A stretch of DNA of 64,000 bases from Octopus sinensis (GCF_006345805.1 NC_042997.1:208878001-208942000); one strand, 5' to 3'. Counted from the stretch's first letter, positions 39,185 through 54,258 are shown. Numbers and translations are program-made. The notes: a model not told the origin generated them from the sequence alone.

Positions 39185-39276
39185 GGTTACCTGTAAAATA
39201 TGACAGACAAATAGGTTAAAGGTCATCATCACTATTAAAGGTCATCATCGTTATTATCGTTATCATCATCATCATC

Positions 39277-39348
<72 letters not shown>

Positions 39349-40419
39349 TTCATCATCATCATCCCCACCGTTCTCACCACCACTTCCCTTTGTCACCAGC
39401 ACCATCATCACCACTATTATCATTAGTACCATTATCATCAACATCATCAACAGCACAATCTCCGCCACATCCACAAACCACCACCACCACCACCACCACC
39501 ATCACCACTACCATCACCACTACCACCACCACCACCACCACCACCACCACCACCACCACCATCACCACTACCATCACCACCACCATCACGTGTGTGTATG
39601 TGTGTGTATGTGTGTGTGCATGCATGTGTGCACATGTCTTACAACAACATGCATTGGGAAAAGATTTAAGCATGAACAAAGACACTGATTAACCGGTGCT
39701 TTTAAACAAGTAACCTTCTGTGGTATTTACTCCGTCCATGTTACACAGTTACTCCCTTATCACACTCTACCAGAAATGGATTATAGTATTGCTCAGCTCA
39801 TCAGAAAACTACCATCATCATTCTAATGTCCATAGGGAGCATAGACAGCATGGTCTGTCCCCCACATAGCATGGGTGGGTTTAGATAGGACTAAGTAAGC
39901 GTGTTTAAGGACCATTAGCTTTCAAATTATTTCTCAAGACTGCTCTGCATGTAAACCAATTATTGAGAGAGTCTTTATGCTGTTGATTGACCGGCTAAAA
40001 ATCTGAAATTTGAATGCTAAAATAGCAGCCAAATCTTCCTTGGATCACATACTAAGTGTTTAAGGAAAGAACATGGTAGATGATGCAGTTTTACATAAGC
40101 CTTACAAACAAGAGAATTGAGGTGAGAATGTTTTTGATCATGGATCAGAGTTCGTCTAAGATTAAATAATAAGAAGTCTTAGAGAATACTAATTGATGGC
40201 AGAGTACATACATTGAGATGCAGGCATGCATGCATACACGCTTTCATACATACATACATATATGCATACGTACATGCATACATGCATATATATACATGCA
40301 TGCATACATACATACATACATACAAGCATACATATATACGTACATCCACAGTTGTCCGAAAATGTCATCACGGTATTATCTGCCAATGAGACATGATGTT
40401 GTAGCTAGGACACTCTAAG

Positions 40420-40890
40420 GAAATCTGCCAGAAGGATAATCCCCAGGACAAAGAAATAAGAACCCACAACATGGTAGAAGCCATAGCCACTCACATTAAA
40501 AAGGAGTACTGGTGGAATGTACCAGTGAAGACCTCAATAAAATATAAGCACAACAGACCTGATATAATGATTTGGGATAGAGAAGAGAAACTGTGCACAT
40601 TTGTAGAAATTAGCTGCCAAGCAGATGTTAACATAAAGGTGAAGATCAGTGAAAAAGGGAACATCTACACTGAACTATTGAGAAATCTGCAGTTACTCTA
40701 TCCAGATTACAAGTTCAGATTTATACCTGTAATTATTCGGGTCCTGGGATATATAACACACTGCCTAAATACCAACCTTGGGAGATAAGGCTTCTCAAAA
40801 CGAGAAAGGAGAAAGATAATTCCAAGACTACAGTTCCAATCCATCACTGGAACTGTAGAAATCTGTAAAACTTTCCAGAAGTTTATCATT
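40420..40890 (+). mobile_element. RLE-type non-LTR retrotransposon fragment, divergent subfamily
   Basis: HNRPDIMIWDREEKLCTFVEISC...KGNIY..L..LYPDYKFRFIPVII; lies between (TACA)n-rich tracts. Confidence 0.75.
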
Positions 40891-41020
40891 TAAATATATA
40901 TGAGCATGTCTAGATACGCAACTACATGCATGAGAATACATACACAAAACATACATACAAATCTGCACATATACATACATACATGCACACATACATACAT
41001 ACATAAATACATACATAAAT

Positions 41021-41051
<31 letters not shown>

Positions 41052-41639
41052 AACAGACAAACAGACAGACATGAATGTTGCATCTGAATTATGCAAGCAT
41101 GGGGAAGTGGGTATTAAAATGGCAATGACGATGATGATGATGATGATGATGATCGTGATCATTGTAGAGGTACAACAAGGTTTCTGCCACACAAATTCCA
41201 TTCCCACGACATTCATCAAGCCTGAAGCTAGACCAGAGGAAACACATGCCCAAGGTTTCACTCATTGGAATCAAATTCAGAGCCTTTGCTTTTACAAACG
41301 GAACTTCTTAACCAAACAGCCATGCTTTTAGCAACACATGTATTTATAGAACCTCCATTCTTCCATTTTGCCTGCAACTGGTATCCAATGGCAACACTGA
41401 TGTCTTCTAACATGATAACTCTGCTGTAGAAATCTCAGTGCTTATTAGAAAAAGCTGGAAAAATCAATGTTTAATAGTGTTTTATTTCTGTGAAAAATCC
41501 AGGACTATTACAGATGGAATCTCCATGGAAGGATACTATTGTCCGATCAGTCTCACAAGACAGCATTCGGATTTTGGTTTTTGAAATATTGTTCAATTCA
41601 CTTTTGTAGTGTAACATATATTAGGGAATACATTTACAA

Positions 41640-41708
41640 TGTGTGTGTATATAAATACATACTTATAACTATGCATAAATGTATATATGCTTATACACAT
41701 GTGTGTGC

Positions 41709-41802
<94 letters not shown>

Positions 41803-41916
41803 GTATATATATATGTGTGTGTGTGTGTGTATGTATATATATACATATACATATATACATATACATACACATATATATATATATACATATATATATACAT
41901 AGATATATATACATAT

Positions 41917-41964
<48 letters not shown>

Positions 41965-42031
41965 CTGGTGACAATTGAATTTTTCCTTTACAGTATCACA
42001 ATATGCCTGGCTATTCATATTAATTTATATA

Positions 42032-42067
<36 letters not shown>

Positions 42068-42480
42068 TGTAGTATGTATGTATGTATGTATGTATGTATA
42101 TATGCATGTATGTATGTACGAAAGCATGGTTGTATGTATGTATGTATGTATGTATGTATGTATGCATGTATGTATGTATGTATGTATGTATGTGTGTATG
42201 TATGTATGTATGTGTGTATGTATGTATGTATGTATGTATGTATTATGTATGTATGTATGTATGTATGTATGTATGTGTGTATGTATGTGTGTATGTATGT
42301 ATGAATGTATGTATGTATGTATGTATGTATGTATGTATGTATGTATGTATGTATGCATGTATGTATGTACGTATGTCTGTATGCATGCATTTATGTACGT
42401 ATGTCTGTATGTATGCATTTATGCATGTATGTGTATATATTTATATATGTATACATACGCATGCATATACATTAATATAG
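41640..42480. repeat. Compound (TG)/(TA)/(TATG)n microsatellite block
   Basis: Directly visible. Confidence 0.95.
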
Positions 42481-45400
42481 AGACAAAGAGAGAGAAATGG
42501 AGACTGATTCCTTTAAACAAACATGCACGCATATGCACAGATGCATAAACACACACACACACACACACACAATGCACAAACAGACACAGATACACACACA
42601 TGTGCAAACATGTTTGTGAAGACATGCTTTAGCTGCATTTGGATCTGCAAATATATACATATATATACATATATACATATATATACATATATATACATAT
42701 ATACATATATATACATATATACATATATATACATATATACATATATAATCCTCATCATCACCATCATCATTTAACATCCATTGTCCATGCTGGCATGGGT
42801 TGGACGATTTGAGCAGGGTTGGCAAGCTGGAAGGCTGCACCAGACTCCAGTCTGATTTGGCATGGTTTCCTACAGCTTGATGCCCTTCCTAATGCCAACC
42901 ACTCCGAGAGTTCTTTACAGAGTGGTGAGACCATCTGACTCCCTCACACATCTCATCTCCTGCCAGAGAATGTTGAGGCAACTGCATGATGTCTCCATTC
43001 TCATTCTCCACCGACCATTGACAAATAGAAGGCATCAATGTCTATTTCCTTACAACCCACAAGGGGCTAAACACAGAGGGGACAAACAAGGACAGACAAA
43101 CGGATTAAGTCGATTACATCCACCCCAGAGCGTAACTGGTACTTAATTTATCGACCCCGGGAGGTTGAAAGGCAAAGTCGACCTTGGCGGAATTTGAACT
43201 CAGAACGTAACGGCAGGCAAAATATGGCTACGCATTTCACCTGGCATGCTAACGTTTCTGCCAGCTCATGGCGTAAATATTGTCACCATGAATATAATGT
43301 GATTATTTTCTAGTTGTGATGAATCAGGTGTAATTGCTACATATCAGTTAAAGTATCATAAATCTCAGCAGTAGGTCTTTCTGGGTGCAAATCTTTTTGT
43401 TCAAAGATCAACACAGAAACCACTATAAGCAGTAAATAAATCTTTTGTTAATTGTTCATGAGTGTTGTTAATTACATCGACATGCAGCCTGAGAAATACG
43501 TTTTCATACTCACCTTCATGGTAGAATAAATAAGCAAACATTCATTCCAGACCTCGCTTTTGACTGTCATTGACAGAAATGTCTGTCAATGACAGTATTG
43601 TTCAACAGTAAAATTACTGAGTAATTACTACTTTCATAAAGTTAAGTTATTAATTTTTTATATAAAAATAAGGACAGACCTCAGCCCATCTGGTGCCAAA
43701 TTCACATTTTTCATCACAATAAGAATTAGGAAGTATAAAAGAATAATTTAATAGGGTCACCTTTTATCTGCATATTGAAGCCAAGCCCTATAACCCAGTT
43801 TCTCTTTCTTTCTCTCTTCCTCTATCTCCCCATCTTTCACCTACTCCCCCCTCTCTCTCTCTCTCTCTCTCTCTCACTTTCTTAATTTCTTTTGCTCTCT
43901 GTCCTCACAAAGTACAAGATGCATTTAAAAAGTATCCAACTTATATTTTCCCACCAAATTTATGCCACGTGGGCAAAATATTTTGTGTTGGAGGTGACGC
44001 CACCCTTCCTGCACATGTGGGAAAAATTTCGTGCTGGTGGGCCCTGTCAGTTCCCAGCTGTTATGCCTAGAGCACAGATGTGTTAGGCACACCTGTCAGA
44101 TTTTTGTTTTCACAGCACCTCACAGACCCTTTTCACCTGACTGACATGATTCAGAGACAAACCAGGACAAGGTATCCGGTGCCAATATAGATCGCTGGCT
44201 CAGGAATGTGGGAACTCCCTGACCTCAAGCACAACCAAAATATTCCCAAAATATTCAAAACCATTCCCTGCATGTCTGGTTTTATATCAGAGTGACCGTC
44301 TAGAAACATTCTTTAGCTAAAGCTGAGGGACGTCTCACTCCCAGTGGTCTTCCAGAAAGCTGGACACCAACCTCGAATTTCTGAGGGCTTGAGCTATTGC
44401 AAGATAGCCATTGAACCAACACTATATACATCCAATCTTTTGGTCATGCTTTTAGTCCTGCTGGGTTTCTAACGACTCTCCTCACCAGGTGAGCCTAGTG
44501 CAGGAGCTAGTTTAGTCACCAATGACCTGACCATGCAACAAGTTGTACTGGAGTCCATGTTACTAGTAGCACTCATGAGAGACTTCACAAATGACCTGAC
44601 ATAACATACATCCATCCATCCATCCATCCATCCATCCATCCATCCATACATACATACATACTACATACATACATACGTACGTACATACATACATACATAC
44701 ATACACACATACACACAAACACACACACATACATACATACATACATACGTACATACATACATACATACGTACGTACGTACATACATACATACGTACATAC
44801 GTACATACATACATACATACGTACATACGTACATACATACATACGTACGTACGTACATACATACATACATACATACGTACGTACGTACGTACATACATAC
44901 GTACATACTTCCCAACCACATGGTTCAGGGTTCAGTCCCACTGAGTGGCACCTTGGGCAAGTGTCTTCTACTATAGCCTCAGGCCGACCAAAGCCTTGTG
45001 AGTGGATTTGGTAGACGGAAACTGAAAGAAGCCCATTTTACACATGTATGTATGTGTTTATGTGTCTGTGTTTGTCACTCCACTATCACCTGACACTGAT
45101 GTTGGTGTGTTTATGTCCAATAGAATAAATACTAAGGTGGCAAGCTGGCAGAAACGTTAGCACACCAGGCAAAATTCTCACTAGTATTTCATCAGCCATA
45201 GCATTCTGAGTTCAATTTCTGCCGAGGTAAAATCTGCCTTTCATCCTTTCGGGGTCGATTAAATAAGTACCAGTTACGCACTGGGGTTGATATAATTGAC
45301 TTAATCCCTTTGTTTGTCCCCTCCATGTTTAGCCCCCCTGTGGGCAATAAAGAAATAAAACAAAGAAATTTAAAAAATAGAATAAACACTTGGCTTACAA

Positions 45401-45707
45401 AGAATAAGTCCTGGGGTCGATTTCTTCAACTAAAGGCAGTGCTCCAGCATGGCTACAGTCAAATGACTGAAACAAGTAAAAGAATAAAATTCCTAATAAT
45501 ATCTGATTCTAAAACTGTAATAAGAAGCGTTATGGACGTCCAGTTGGAAAAAGCAGGAATCAAAGCTGTCCGTAGACAAAATATGGTTGACAACCACAGC
45601 TGTAGAAGGGCCACAAGGCTATTCACCTTATATAAGAGAGGGTGGGAGTAATCAGGGTGGGGCTGAAAAGAGAAATAAATTAGGAGTAAAGATGTGTCAA
45701 GGTGAAC

Positions 45708-45936
45708 TTAAACCCTTTTGTTACCAACCCGGCAAAAGCTATCTTTGGCGCTGAGAACAAATGACTTGTTTTCATAAGTTCTGAATAAAAATCTTCCCCA
45801 AACCTTAGTCACAATTTATGTTCCTATCACTAGCTGAATGATAACTAAGTTATTTTACTAAATTCTTTGTTATATTTAAAATCAATTGAAAGAAACACAG
45901 AGCACCTCAAAATAAATACGGTAATGAAAGTTTTAA
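45708..45936. mobile_element. piggyBac-like MITE
   Basis: ttaa-acccttttgttac ... gtaatgaaagttt-taa: degenerate CCCTTT-type terminal inverted repeats with TTAA-like ends. Confidence 0.5.
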
Positions 45937-46897
45937 TGTATGACAAGTTGATGAGTCAAAGTACCTGACAAAAATTCTTTGTGACATTAACTTGTATCCC
46001 AAGAACATTCTGAGTTCAAAACCTCACCAAATTCGACTTTGCTTCCCTTTTTGCTGGGGTAGGATGGTAGTAAGGAGGAGATAAAATAATTTAACAATCA
46101 AATACTGGAGGTTAATTTAATATTTCCATAAAGTGAACATGGAAGGAATTATAACAGAAGAAGATTAAACAGAATCTTCCACCACCCGACCGTTCCTGAC
46201 CCAGCTCCTCTCCAATGCCAAATTTTTGGTCTATGCCAATGCTAGAAATCATCATTATTATATGGTATTGAAGTAATTCCATAGAATTATGGTATCAAAG
46301 CAATAAAGAGAGGAATATTCATTATTTCTTTCAATAGCAGAACAGAAGAAGCAAAACCAAAAATAAAAAAGAGCCAAAAAAGCCATGCAAGTGGGATCTT
46401 GTTTCGGTGCCAAAATACATTGGTTTTAGGTCATAGTTGGATAATACACAATCAACTTGTTATCTAGCTCTTTATAGAAGTAATTCTATGGAATACACAC
46501 ATACATACATGCATACATACATACACACACACATACATACATACATACATACATGCACGCATACATACTTACATACATACATACATATATGCATGCATAC
46601 ATACATACATACATGCATACATGCATACAAGGATATCTACACACACACGCAAATATAGAGAGGAAGACAGAGATAAATGTGTATGTGTAAATACATATAT
46701 ATATATACCATATATATATATATATACATGCACTCATATATATACATATATATGTATGTATACATACATACATATATATATTTTGTAGTGTCTCGGTGTG
46801 GGGGGTGAGTGTATGGGTGTGAGTGGGTGTATGTGCATGTGTGTGTATGTACATGCATGCGTGTGTGTTATGTGCATGTGTGTGTGTGTGTGGTGTG

Positions 46898-46930
<33 letters not shown>

Positions 46931-47344
46931 GAGAATGATAATGATTAGCTTCCAATTTTGTTTATCGTGAAGAATTTTTGTCAGGTTTCCAAAATTTCCT
47001 TTCAGACAGCTTTGATTTTTGCTTATCAGAGCTGGCAGAGTTAAGATGGTTCCAGCAGATGATGCTATTGGAGTTATTGTTGGTGAAATAACGAATGATA
47101 CGTTAATATTTCTGCCCCAGTAAACACAGAGGTAGTGTTCTTAACATGTTAGGATAGGACACACACACACACAGATGTGAATGATATTACATCACCATCA
47201 TCATCATTTAGCGTCTGCTTTCCATGCTGGCATGGGTTACTGGTTTGATCTAACTGGAACTGGCAAGCTGGAGAGCAGCACCAAGTTCTAGTTTGGTTTG
47301 GCATCATTCCTAAGGCTGGATGCCTTTCCTAACACCAAAGATAT

Positions 47345-47560
47345 ATAAAAGCGTGGAATGGAGTGAAAGCATTTGAGGAGGCCAGGGTGACACATGTAAG
47401 GCTCAAGAGAGATTTAAGGAAGAATGTTGTGATCAAGAAGATGAATTTCAGTGACCTTTCTGTGTGCACAGTTTGTGACAGACCATGTCGTTCTTTTGCT
47501 GGGCTCAAATCCCATTTGTGGACCCATGAAAAAACGAACCTCCACCGACTTCTCTGCCAA
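47345..47560 (+). mobile_element. RTE-like LINE ORF2 3' end
   Basis: KAFEEAR...CTVCDRPCRSFAGLKSH terminal zinc finger. Confidence 0.7.
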
Positions 47561-48493
47561 TATATCTGGGCACACCTTTCAATGCTGTGTGTGCCATTAG
47601 GTCTGCAAATCTAACAGAGGCCTCAAAATACATTTGAAGATCCACAAAGATCAGAACTTAACTGCAGTCCTTGATGGTCCAAATCAGATATGCAATCTTA
47701 TTTCTTCATTGCCCACAAGGGGCTAAACACAGAGAGGACTAACAAGGACAGACAAACAGATTAAGTCGATTACATCGACCCCTGTGCGTAACTGGTACTT
47801 AATTTATCGACCCCGAAAGAATGAAAGGTAAAGTCAACCTTGGCAGAATTTGAACTCAGAACGTAACGGCAGACGAAATACCGCTAAGTATTTCGCCCGG
47901 TGTGCTAACATTAATCAGATATGCCAGCTTGACACCTTAATCAGATATGCAGTCTATGTGGGTGACTTTTCAATACATTGTTTGGTTTAAAAAGCCACAT
48001 CAGACGCTACGATGGATCTAAGGTATAAGTACAAGAGGTGGTCAGACTCTGCATAAGGAATAGACAACCACCATATCTATATATATTGTGTCTCCCTTTT
48101 CTCTTGGACTTTCCTCCATCTCCTATTTCTGACAAAGAGCTTTGCTCGAAATGTAAAACTACTTTTCCTTCCTTTCCTGAGCGTCTGCTAACACTTTGCA
48201 TGTACCACGTTCTCGTGTTGTTGTTCTTTTCTTGTGTTTTTCCTCATATTTATAGGATTAATTATATATATACACACACATATATATTTCAGTGCGAATG
48301 GTTCTTTACACAGCACTGTTTTTACAATCCTATCAATAATAATGATGGTATTTTTATATAAGCTTGAAGCTTATGGCAATCACCATGCAATGACTACAGA
48401 AAATAGTCTAAGGAAAATATGCCCCTTTATTAGACTATTTTCCTTAGTCATTGCACAGTGATTGCCATAAGCTTCAAGCTTATATAAAAATAC

Positions 48494-48524
<31 letters not shown>

Positions 48525-48529
48525 AGGAT

Positions 48530-49189
48530 AGCTGTGTGAAAAAGTGCCAATCCCTAGCAGTTGAGGGAATCTGTGGAAGAGATAGACCTAGGAAAACCTG
48601 GGATGAGGTGGTGAAGCAGGACCTTCAAACTTTAGGCCTCACCGAGGCAATGACTAGTGACCGAGACCTTTGGAAATATGCTGTGCTTGAGAAGACCTGG
48701 TAAGCTAAGTGAGACCATAACCTGGGGCCTATGCCAGTGGTGTAACCACTCCATTTAGGCGTACTTTTCTTTCACTGGACACTAAACGCTGCTTGCAAAG
48801 ACTGTTGAGGCAAATGAAATCGAAATTAAATTCGATGACAGCACCGCATGACTGGCATCCATGCTAGTGGAGCACTACTAGCACTTGTGCCAGTGGTATG
48901 TGAAAAACAACTTTAGAGCGAGGATATTGCCAGTGCCACTGGACCTGCTCCTGTACTGGTGACATGTAAAAACACCATTTGAGCATGGCCATTGCCAGTA
49001 CCACCTGACTAGCCCTTGTGCCAGTGGCACGTAAAAGCACCCACTACACTCTTGGAATGGTTGGCGTTAGTATCCAGCTGTAGAAACTCTGCCAGATCAG
49101 ATTGTGTCTGGTGCAGCCATCTGGCTCGCCAGTCCTCAGTTAAATAGTCCAGCCCATGCTAGCATGGAAAGCGGACGTTAAACGATGAC

Positions 49190-49230
<41 letters not shown>
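48530..49230 (+). mobile_element. RTE LINE 3' end (ORF tail, 3' UTR, (GAT)n)
   Basis: LAVEGICGRDRPRKTWDEVVKQDLQTLGLTEAMTSDRDLWKYAV followed by the UTR shared with the many short copies. Confidence 0.85.
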
Positions 49231-49249
<19 letters not shown>

Positions 49250-51624
49250 ATATGTACATCAATCATAAGGCAGTGAGCTGATAGAGTCTTTGTCACATTG
49301 GGAAAAATTCTTAGCGACATTTCTTCCATTTCTGTGTTCTGAGTTGAAATCCCTCCAAGGATGACATTGCCTTTCATCATTCTGGGGTCAACACTAGAAG
49401 TACCAGTTGAATACTGTGGCTGATGTAATTCACTTAGCCCCTCCCATGAAATTGCTGGTCTTGGGACAAGATCAGAAACCAATATTCAGGAATACATATA
49501 GACACAGGCATGGCTGTGTGGTAAGAAGATCGCTTCCCAACCACATGGTTCTGGGTTCAATACCACTGCGTGGCACGTTGAGCAAGTATTTTCTACTATA
49601 GCCTCAGGCTGACTTTGCAAGTGGATTTGATACATGGAAAATGAAAGAAGCCCATCATATATGTGTGTGTGTGTGTATGTGTGTGTGTATATGTGCATGT
49701 GTGTGTGTTTGTTTCTTTGTGTCTGTGTTTGTCCCCCCCTCCACCACTTGGCAACCAGTCGAGATGTGTTTACATCCCTATAACTTAGTGGTTCGGCAAA
49801 AGAGACCGATAGAGTAAGTACCAGGCTTAAGAAGAAAATATGTACTGGGGGTGGGGGGGGGTCTATTCATTCGAGTGAAAATTTTTCAAGTCAGTGCCCC
49901 AGCATGGCCACAGTCTAATGATTGAAACAAGCAACAAATTAAAGATAAAAGATACACACACACGTGTGTGTGTGTAAGTATGCATATGTGCATGTACAGA
50001 CAGACACACAGACAAGACAGACAGACAGACATGCTGGATACCAAATAGTTTAGTCAACAGATCAAAAAGTAGTTTACAATATTAACGAAGGTTAATTATA
50101 TTGATATAGGTTCATTGTATTAATTAAAGTCAACTAACAACTTCTTTTTCTTTCTTCCTTCTTTCTTCAACTGAAAAGATTTTAATCTTGGGTGTTTTTT
50201 TTTTCATTCTTCCATTTTTTTAAATATTTTTTGTTATATTTCTAACATCAATCTAGAATTAGTTGCAGCCGTATCGTTTATAATCTTCCATGTTTATTCT
50301 TCCTCTCTGTCCAGCAGCAGTTCTTTGATACACAGAATATTATTACCATAAATGGTTGCCAAACCGATTCTCTTCGACAGCCATGAAGCAGAGACCACTT
50401 CGCTTGATGCTGCGACTGTGTTTGCCTCAATGGAATTTTACCATTGTTGATTCGCTGGCAACGCTGTTTCCTTCACAGACGTGGCCGAGTGGTAGGAAGC
50501 TTGCTTCCCAACCACATGGTTCCAGGTTCAGTCCCACCGTATGGCACTTTGGACAAGTGTCTTCTGCCGTGTGTTTGGATTTGGTAGACAGAAACTGAAA
50601 GAAGCTTGTCATAGGCACAGGTGTGGCTGTGTAGGAAGCAGATAACATCTCAGTCACATGGTTCTGGGTTCAGTCCCAACGTGTGGCACCTTAGGTGAGT
50701 GTTTTCTGCTTTAGCCTTGGGCCAACTAAGCCATGTGTGTGGAGTTGGTAGATGGAAACTGAAAGAAGCCCCTTTGTATATGTACGTATGTGTGCATATA
50801 GTGTGTGTTTTGTTTGTGTTTGTCCCCCTAACACTGCTTGATAACTGGTGCTGGTTTGTTTACATCCCTGTAAGCACCAGACTTTAAAAAAATAAGCACT
50901 CTGGTTGGTGAATTGAACTAAACCCATCACAGCAGTACCCCAGCATGGCCTTGGTCCAAAGACTGAAGCAAGTATAAGATGAAAGAAGACACCAGGTGGC
51001 AGCATGTTCTTGTACAATTTGCATTCTTGCCTCGCCTCTGCAACATTCTATATATGGATCACATCAACCTCCAAGACATGGCTGTCAGGGAAGGAATCAG
51101 TAAAAGTGATGTCTTCAGATCAATAAGCAGCAGAAATGGCACAACGGAACTCAATGTCTTTCTTTTGGGGATCAATTATCTACCACTCACACACCTTAAT
51201 ATTTGGTACACACAAAGCAGTGAGCCAGAAAAATCGTTAGCAGGCAAAATTCTTTGTAGTATTTCATCCATCATTATGATCTGAGTTCAAATTCTGCTGA
51301 GATCTACTTTGTCTTTCATCCTTTGGGGTCAATAAAACAAGTGCCAATAGGACATTGGGGTCAGTGTAATCAATGATCCCCTTTTCTCAAAGTTGCTGGC
51401 TTTGTGCCAAAATTTGATCCCAGTATTTGGCACACATGTTAATCCATGCAAAGAACCACACCAACTTAGACGGGACCATTGTCCATAGCTTGGCACCAAT
51501 TTGGGAGAGGCACTACTCTTCAGCACATATGCCATGGCTCAGCACATGAGCCATGGGTCACATTAAGCTCCATCACCAGACAACCCACCTGAAGGAAGGG
51601 TTGGGAAGGGTGATCGATGAGATA

Positions 51625-51860
51625 AAAGGCGGCGGGCTGGCAGAATCGTTAGCACGCTGGGCGAAATGCTTAGCAGTATTTCGTCTGCCATTACGTTCTG
51701 AGTTCAAATTCCACCGAGGTCGACTTTGCCTTTCATCCTTTCGGGGTCGATAAATTAAGTACCAGTTATGCACTGGGGTCGATGTAATCGACTTAATCCA
51801 TTTGTCTGTCCTTTTTTGTCCCCTTTGTGTTTAGCCCCTTGTGGGTAATAAAGAAACAGA
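51625..51860 (+). mobile_element. tRNA-derived SINE family 2 (ggcggcgagctggcagaa...gagttcaaattcc...gcctttcatcctttcggggtcgata)
   Basis: Box-B-like gagttcaaattcc; many copies (e.g. 15170-15380, 21240-21435, 30040-30255, 32355-32565, 35540-35770, 43050-43270, 47700-47910 on -; 45135-45360, 60205-60420 on +). Central domain may be Meta-type (unverified). Confidence 0.85.
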
Positions 51861-52544
51861 TCAATGAGATAAAAGGTCAATTGCTTTATAGGCAGAGGAA
51901 TGGCTGTGTGAAAAGACATTCACTTCCCACCACACGGTTCCAGGTTCAGTCTTCCTGCGGGGCAGCCTTTGGTGAGTGTCTTCTACTATAGCCTCAGGCC
52001 GACCAAAACCTTGTGAGTGGGTTTGGTAGATGGAAACTGAAAGAAGCCTGCCATCTCTGTCTGTATGTCTGTGTTTGTCTCCCACCACCACTTGGCAACC
52101 GGTGTTGGTGTGTTTACATCCCTGTAACTTAGGAGTTCAGAAAATTAAAACGATAGAATGATCACTAGGCTTAAAGAAAAGACAAAATAAGTCCTGTGGT
52201 CAATTCGTTCAGCTAAGATTCATCAAGGCGGCGCCCCAGCATGGCCACAGTCTAATGCAGTGGTTCCCAAGCTGTGGTTCACAGCACCCTGGTGGTCCAC
52301 AAAGGTAATACTGGGTTGGGGGCATGAACTAAATTCAAAATGTCATATATATATTAATATATATGTATATATATGTATATATATATATATATATATATAC
52401 ATAAGGCTAAGTATATTAAAAGGGGTCTGGGAGGAAACTTATTTAAATAAAAAGGGGTCCTTGGTAGTGAAGAGGTTGGGAACTGCTGGTCTAGTGACTG
52501 GAACAAGTTGAAGATAAAAGATTTAAGATATATCCTTTTCTACC

Positions 52545-53155
52545 CTAGGCACAAGGCAGAAAATTTTGGAGGGGAGGGGGCTAGTCGATTAGATCGACCT
52601 CAGTACGCAACTGGTACTTAATTTATCAACCCCAGACAGGATGAAAGACAAATTCGACCTCGGCGGAATTTGAACTCAGAACGTAGCGGCAGACGAAATA
52701 CCTATTTCTTTACTACGCACAGGGGGCTAAACACAGAAGGGACAAACAAGGACAGACAAACAGATTAAGTCGATTACATCGACCCCAGTGCGTAACTGCT
52801 ATTTAATTTATCGACCCCGAAAAGATGAAAGGCAAAGTTGACCTCGGCGAAATTTGAACTCAGAACGTAACGGCAGACGAAATACCGCTAAGCATTTCAC
52901 CCGGTGTGCTAACAATTCTTATTTCTTTATTGCCTACAAGGGGCTACAAACATAGAAGGGACAAACAAGGACAGACAAACGGATTAAGTCGATTATATCG
53001 ACCCCAGTGCGTAACTGGTACTTATTTAATCGACCCCGAAAGGATGAAAGGCAAAGTTGACCTTGGTGGAATTTGAACTCAGACCGTAACAGCAGATGAA
53101 ATACTGCTAGGCATTTCGCCCGGTGTGCTAACCATTCTGCCAGCTCGCCGCCTTA
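52545..53155 (-). mobile_element. Three tandem head-to-tail copies of SINE family 2
   Basis: gtcgattacatcgaccccagtgcgtaactg...gaatttgaactcagaacgta repeats three times. Confidence 0.85.
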
Positions 53156-54217
53156 AGATTAAAAACATATCATCACCACCACCACCACCACCACCACCAC
53201 CACCACCACCACCACTATTATCACCACAACTCTGACATCATCCACCCCCTCCGCCCCCAAAAGCAACAACACTTCTCTCACCAGTTACTATTTGGTCAAT
53301 CTAACTAAAGTTACTACTACAACTCTTGAACTTACTACTACTACTACCACTACAATTACTACTACCACCACCACCACCACCATTCCTGCTCTTAGACACA
53401 GCTGACAACTTTTCATTCACCACAACACAGCACATCCTCCTCCCCCTCCTCTTCCCACTTCCTTACCACCTTCTTCTCCTGATCACCTCCCCTTCCCCGT
53501 CTCACTGGTCCCCACTCCCCCTTCCTTACCATTACACCCTCCTTCCCCTCCCCGCTCCTTATAGCCTCCTCTTACTTCTATTCTGCTTCCTCCTCCTCCT
53601 TCTTCACCTCTTCAGGTTTAATACTTTTCTATAACGGCTGCAGTCTCTGTTGCTATGGTTACATGACGTACGTGTCTGTGTGTGTGTGTGTGTGTGCGTG
53701 TGTGTGTATGCTTGTGTATGTGAACTCAGGAGTTACTTTTGCATATATCTATGTATAAGTGCCTATGTATATGTACGCATATGTGTATGTGTGTGTGGAT
53801 TTGTGTGTGGATGTGCATGTTTTAAGTTGCACAATAACAGCTATTGTATGTGTATGCATGCATACATATATATGTGTGCACATGTGTATATATATATATG
53901 TGTGTGTGTGTTAGGGTGCACAAAAGCAGTTATTGTGTGTTTATCAATGTGTGCACGTGTTATTACTGTGTATGCGTGTATGTGTTAATGGTGTTTTTTT
54001 TTGGGGGGGGTGTAAGTGTGTGAGGGTAACCTTGAGATAGATATAGGTGTGTTTATCGTGTATGTAGGAGTGGCTGTGTGGTAAGAATCTTGCTTCCCAA
54101 CCACATGGTTCCGGGTTCAGTCCCACTTCGTGGCACCTTGGGCAGGAGTCTTCTACTATAGCCTTGGGCCAACCAAAGCCTTGTGAGTGGATTTGGTAGA
54201 CGGAAACTGAAAGAAGC

Positions 54218-54258
<41 letters not shown>

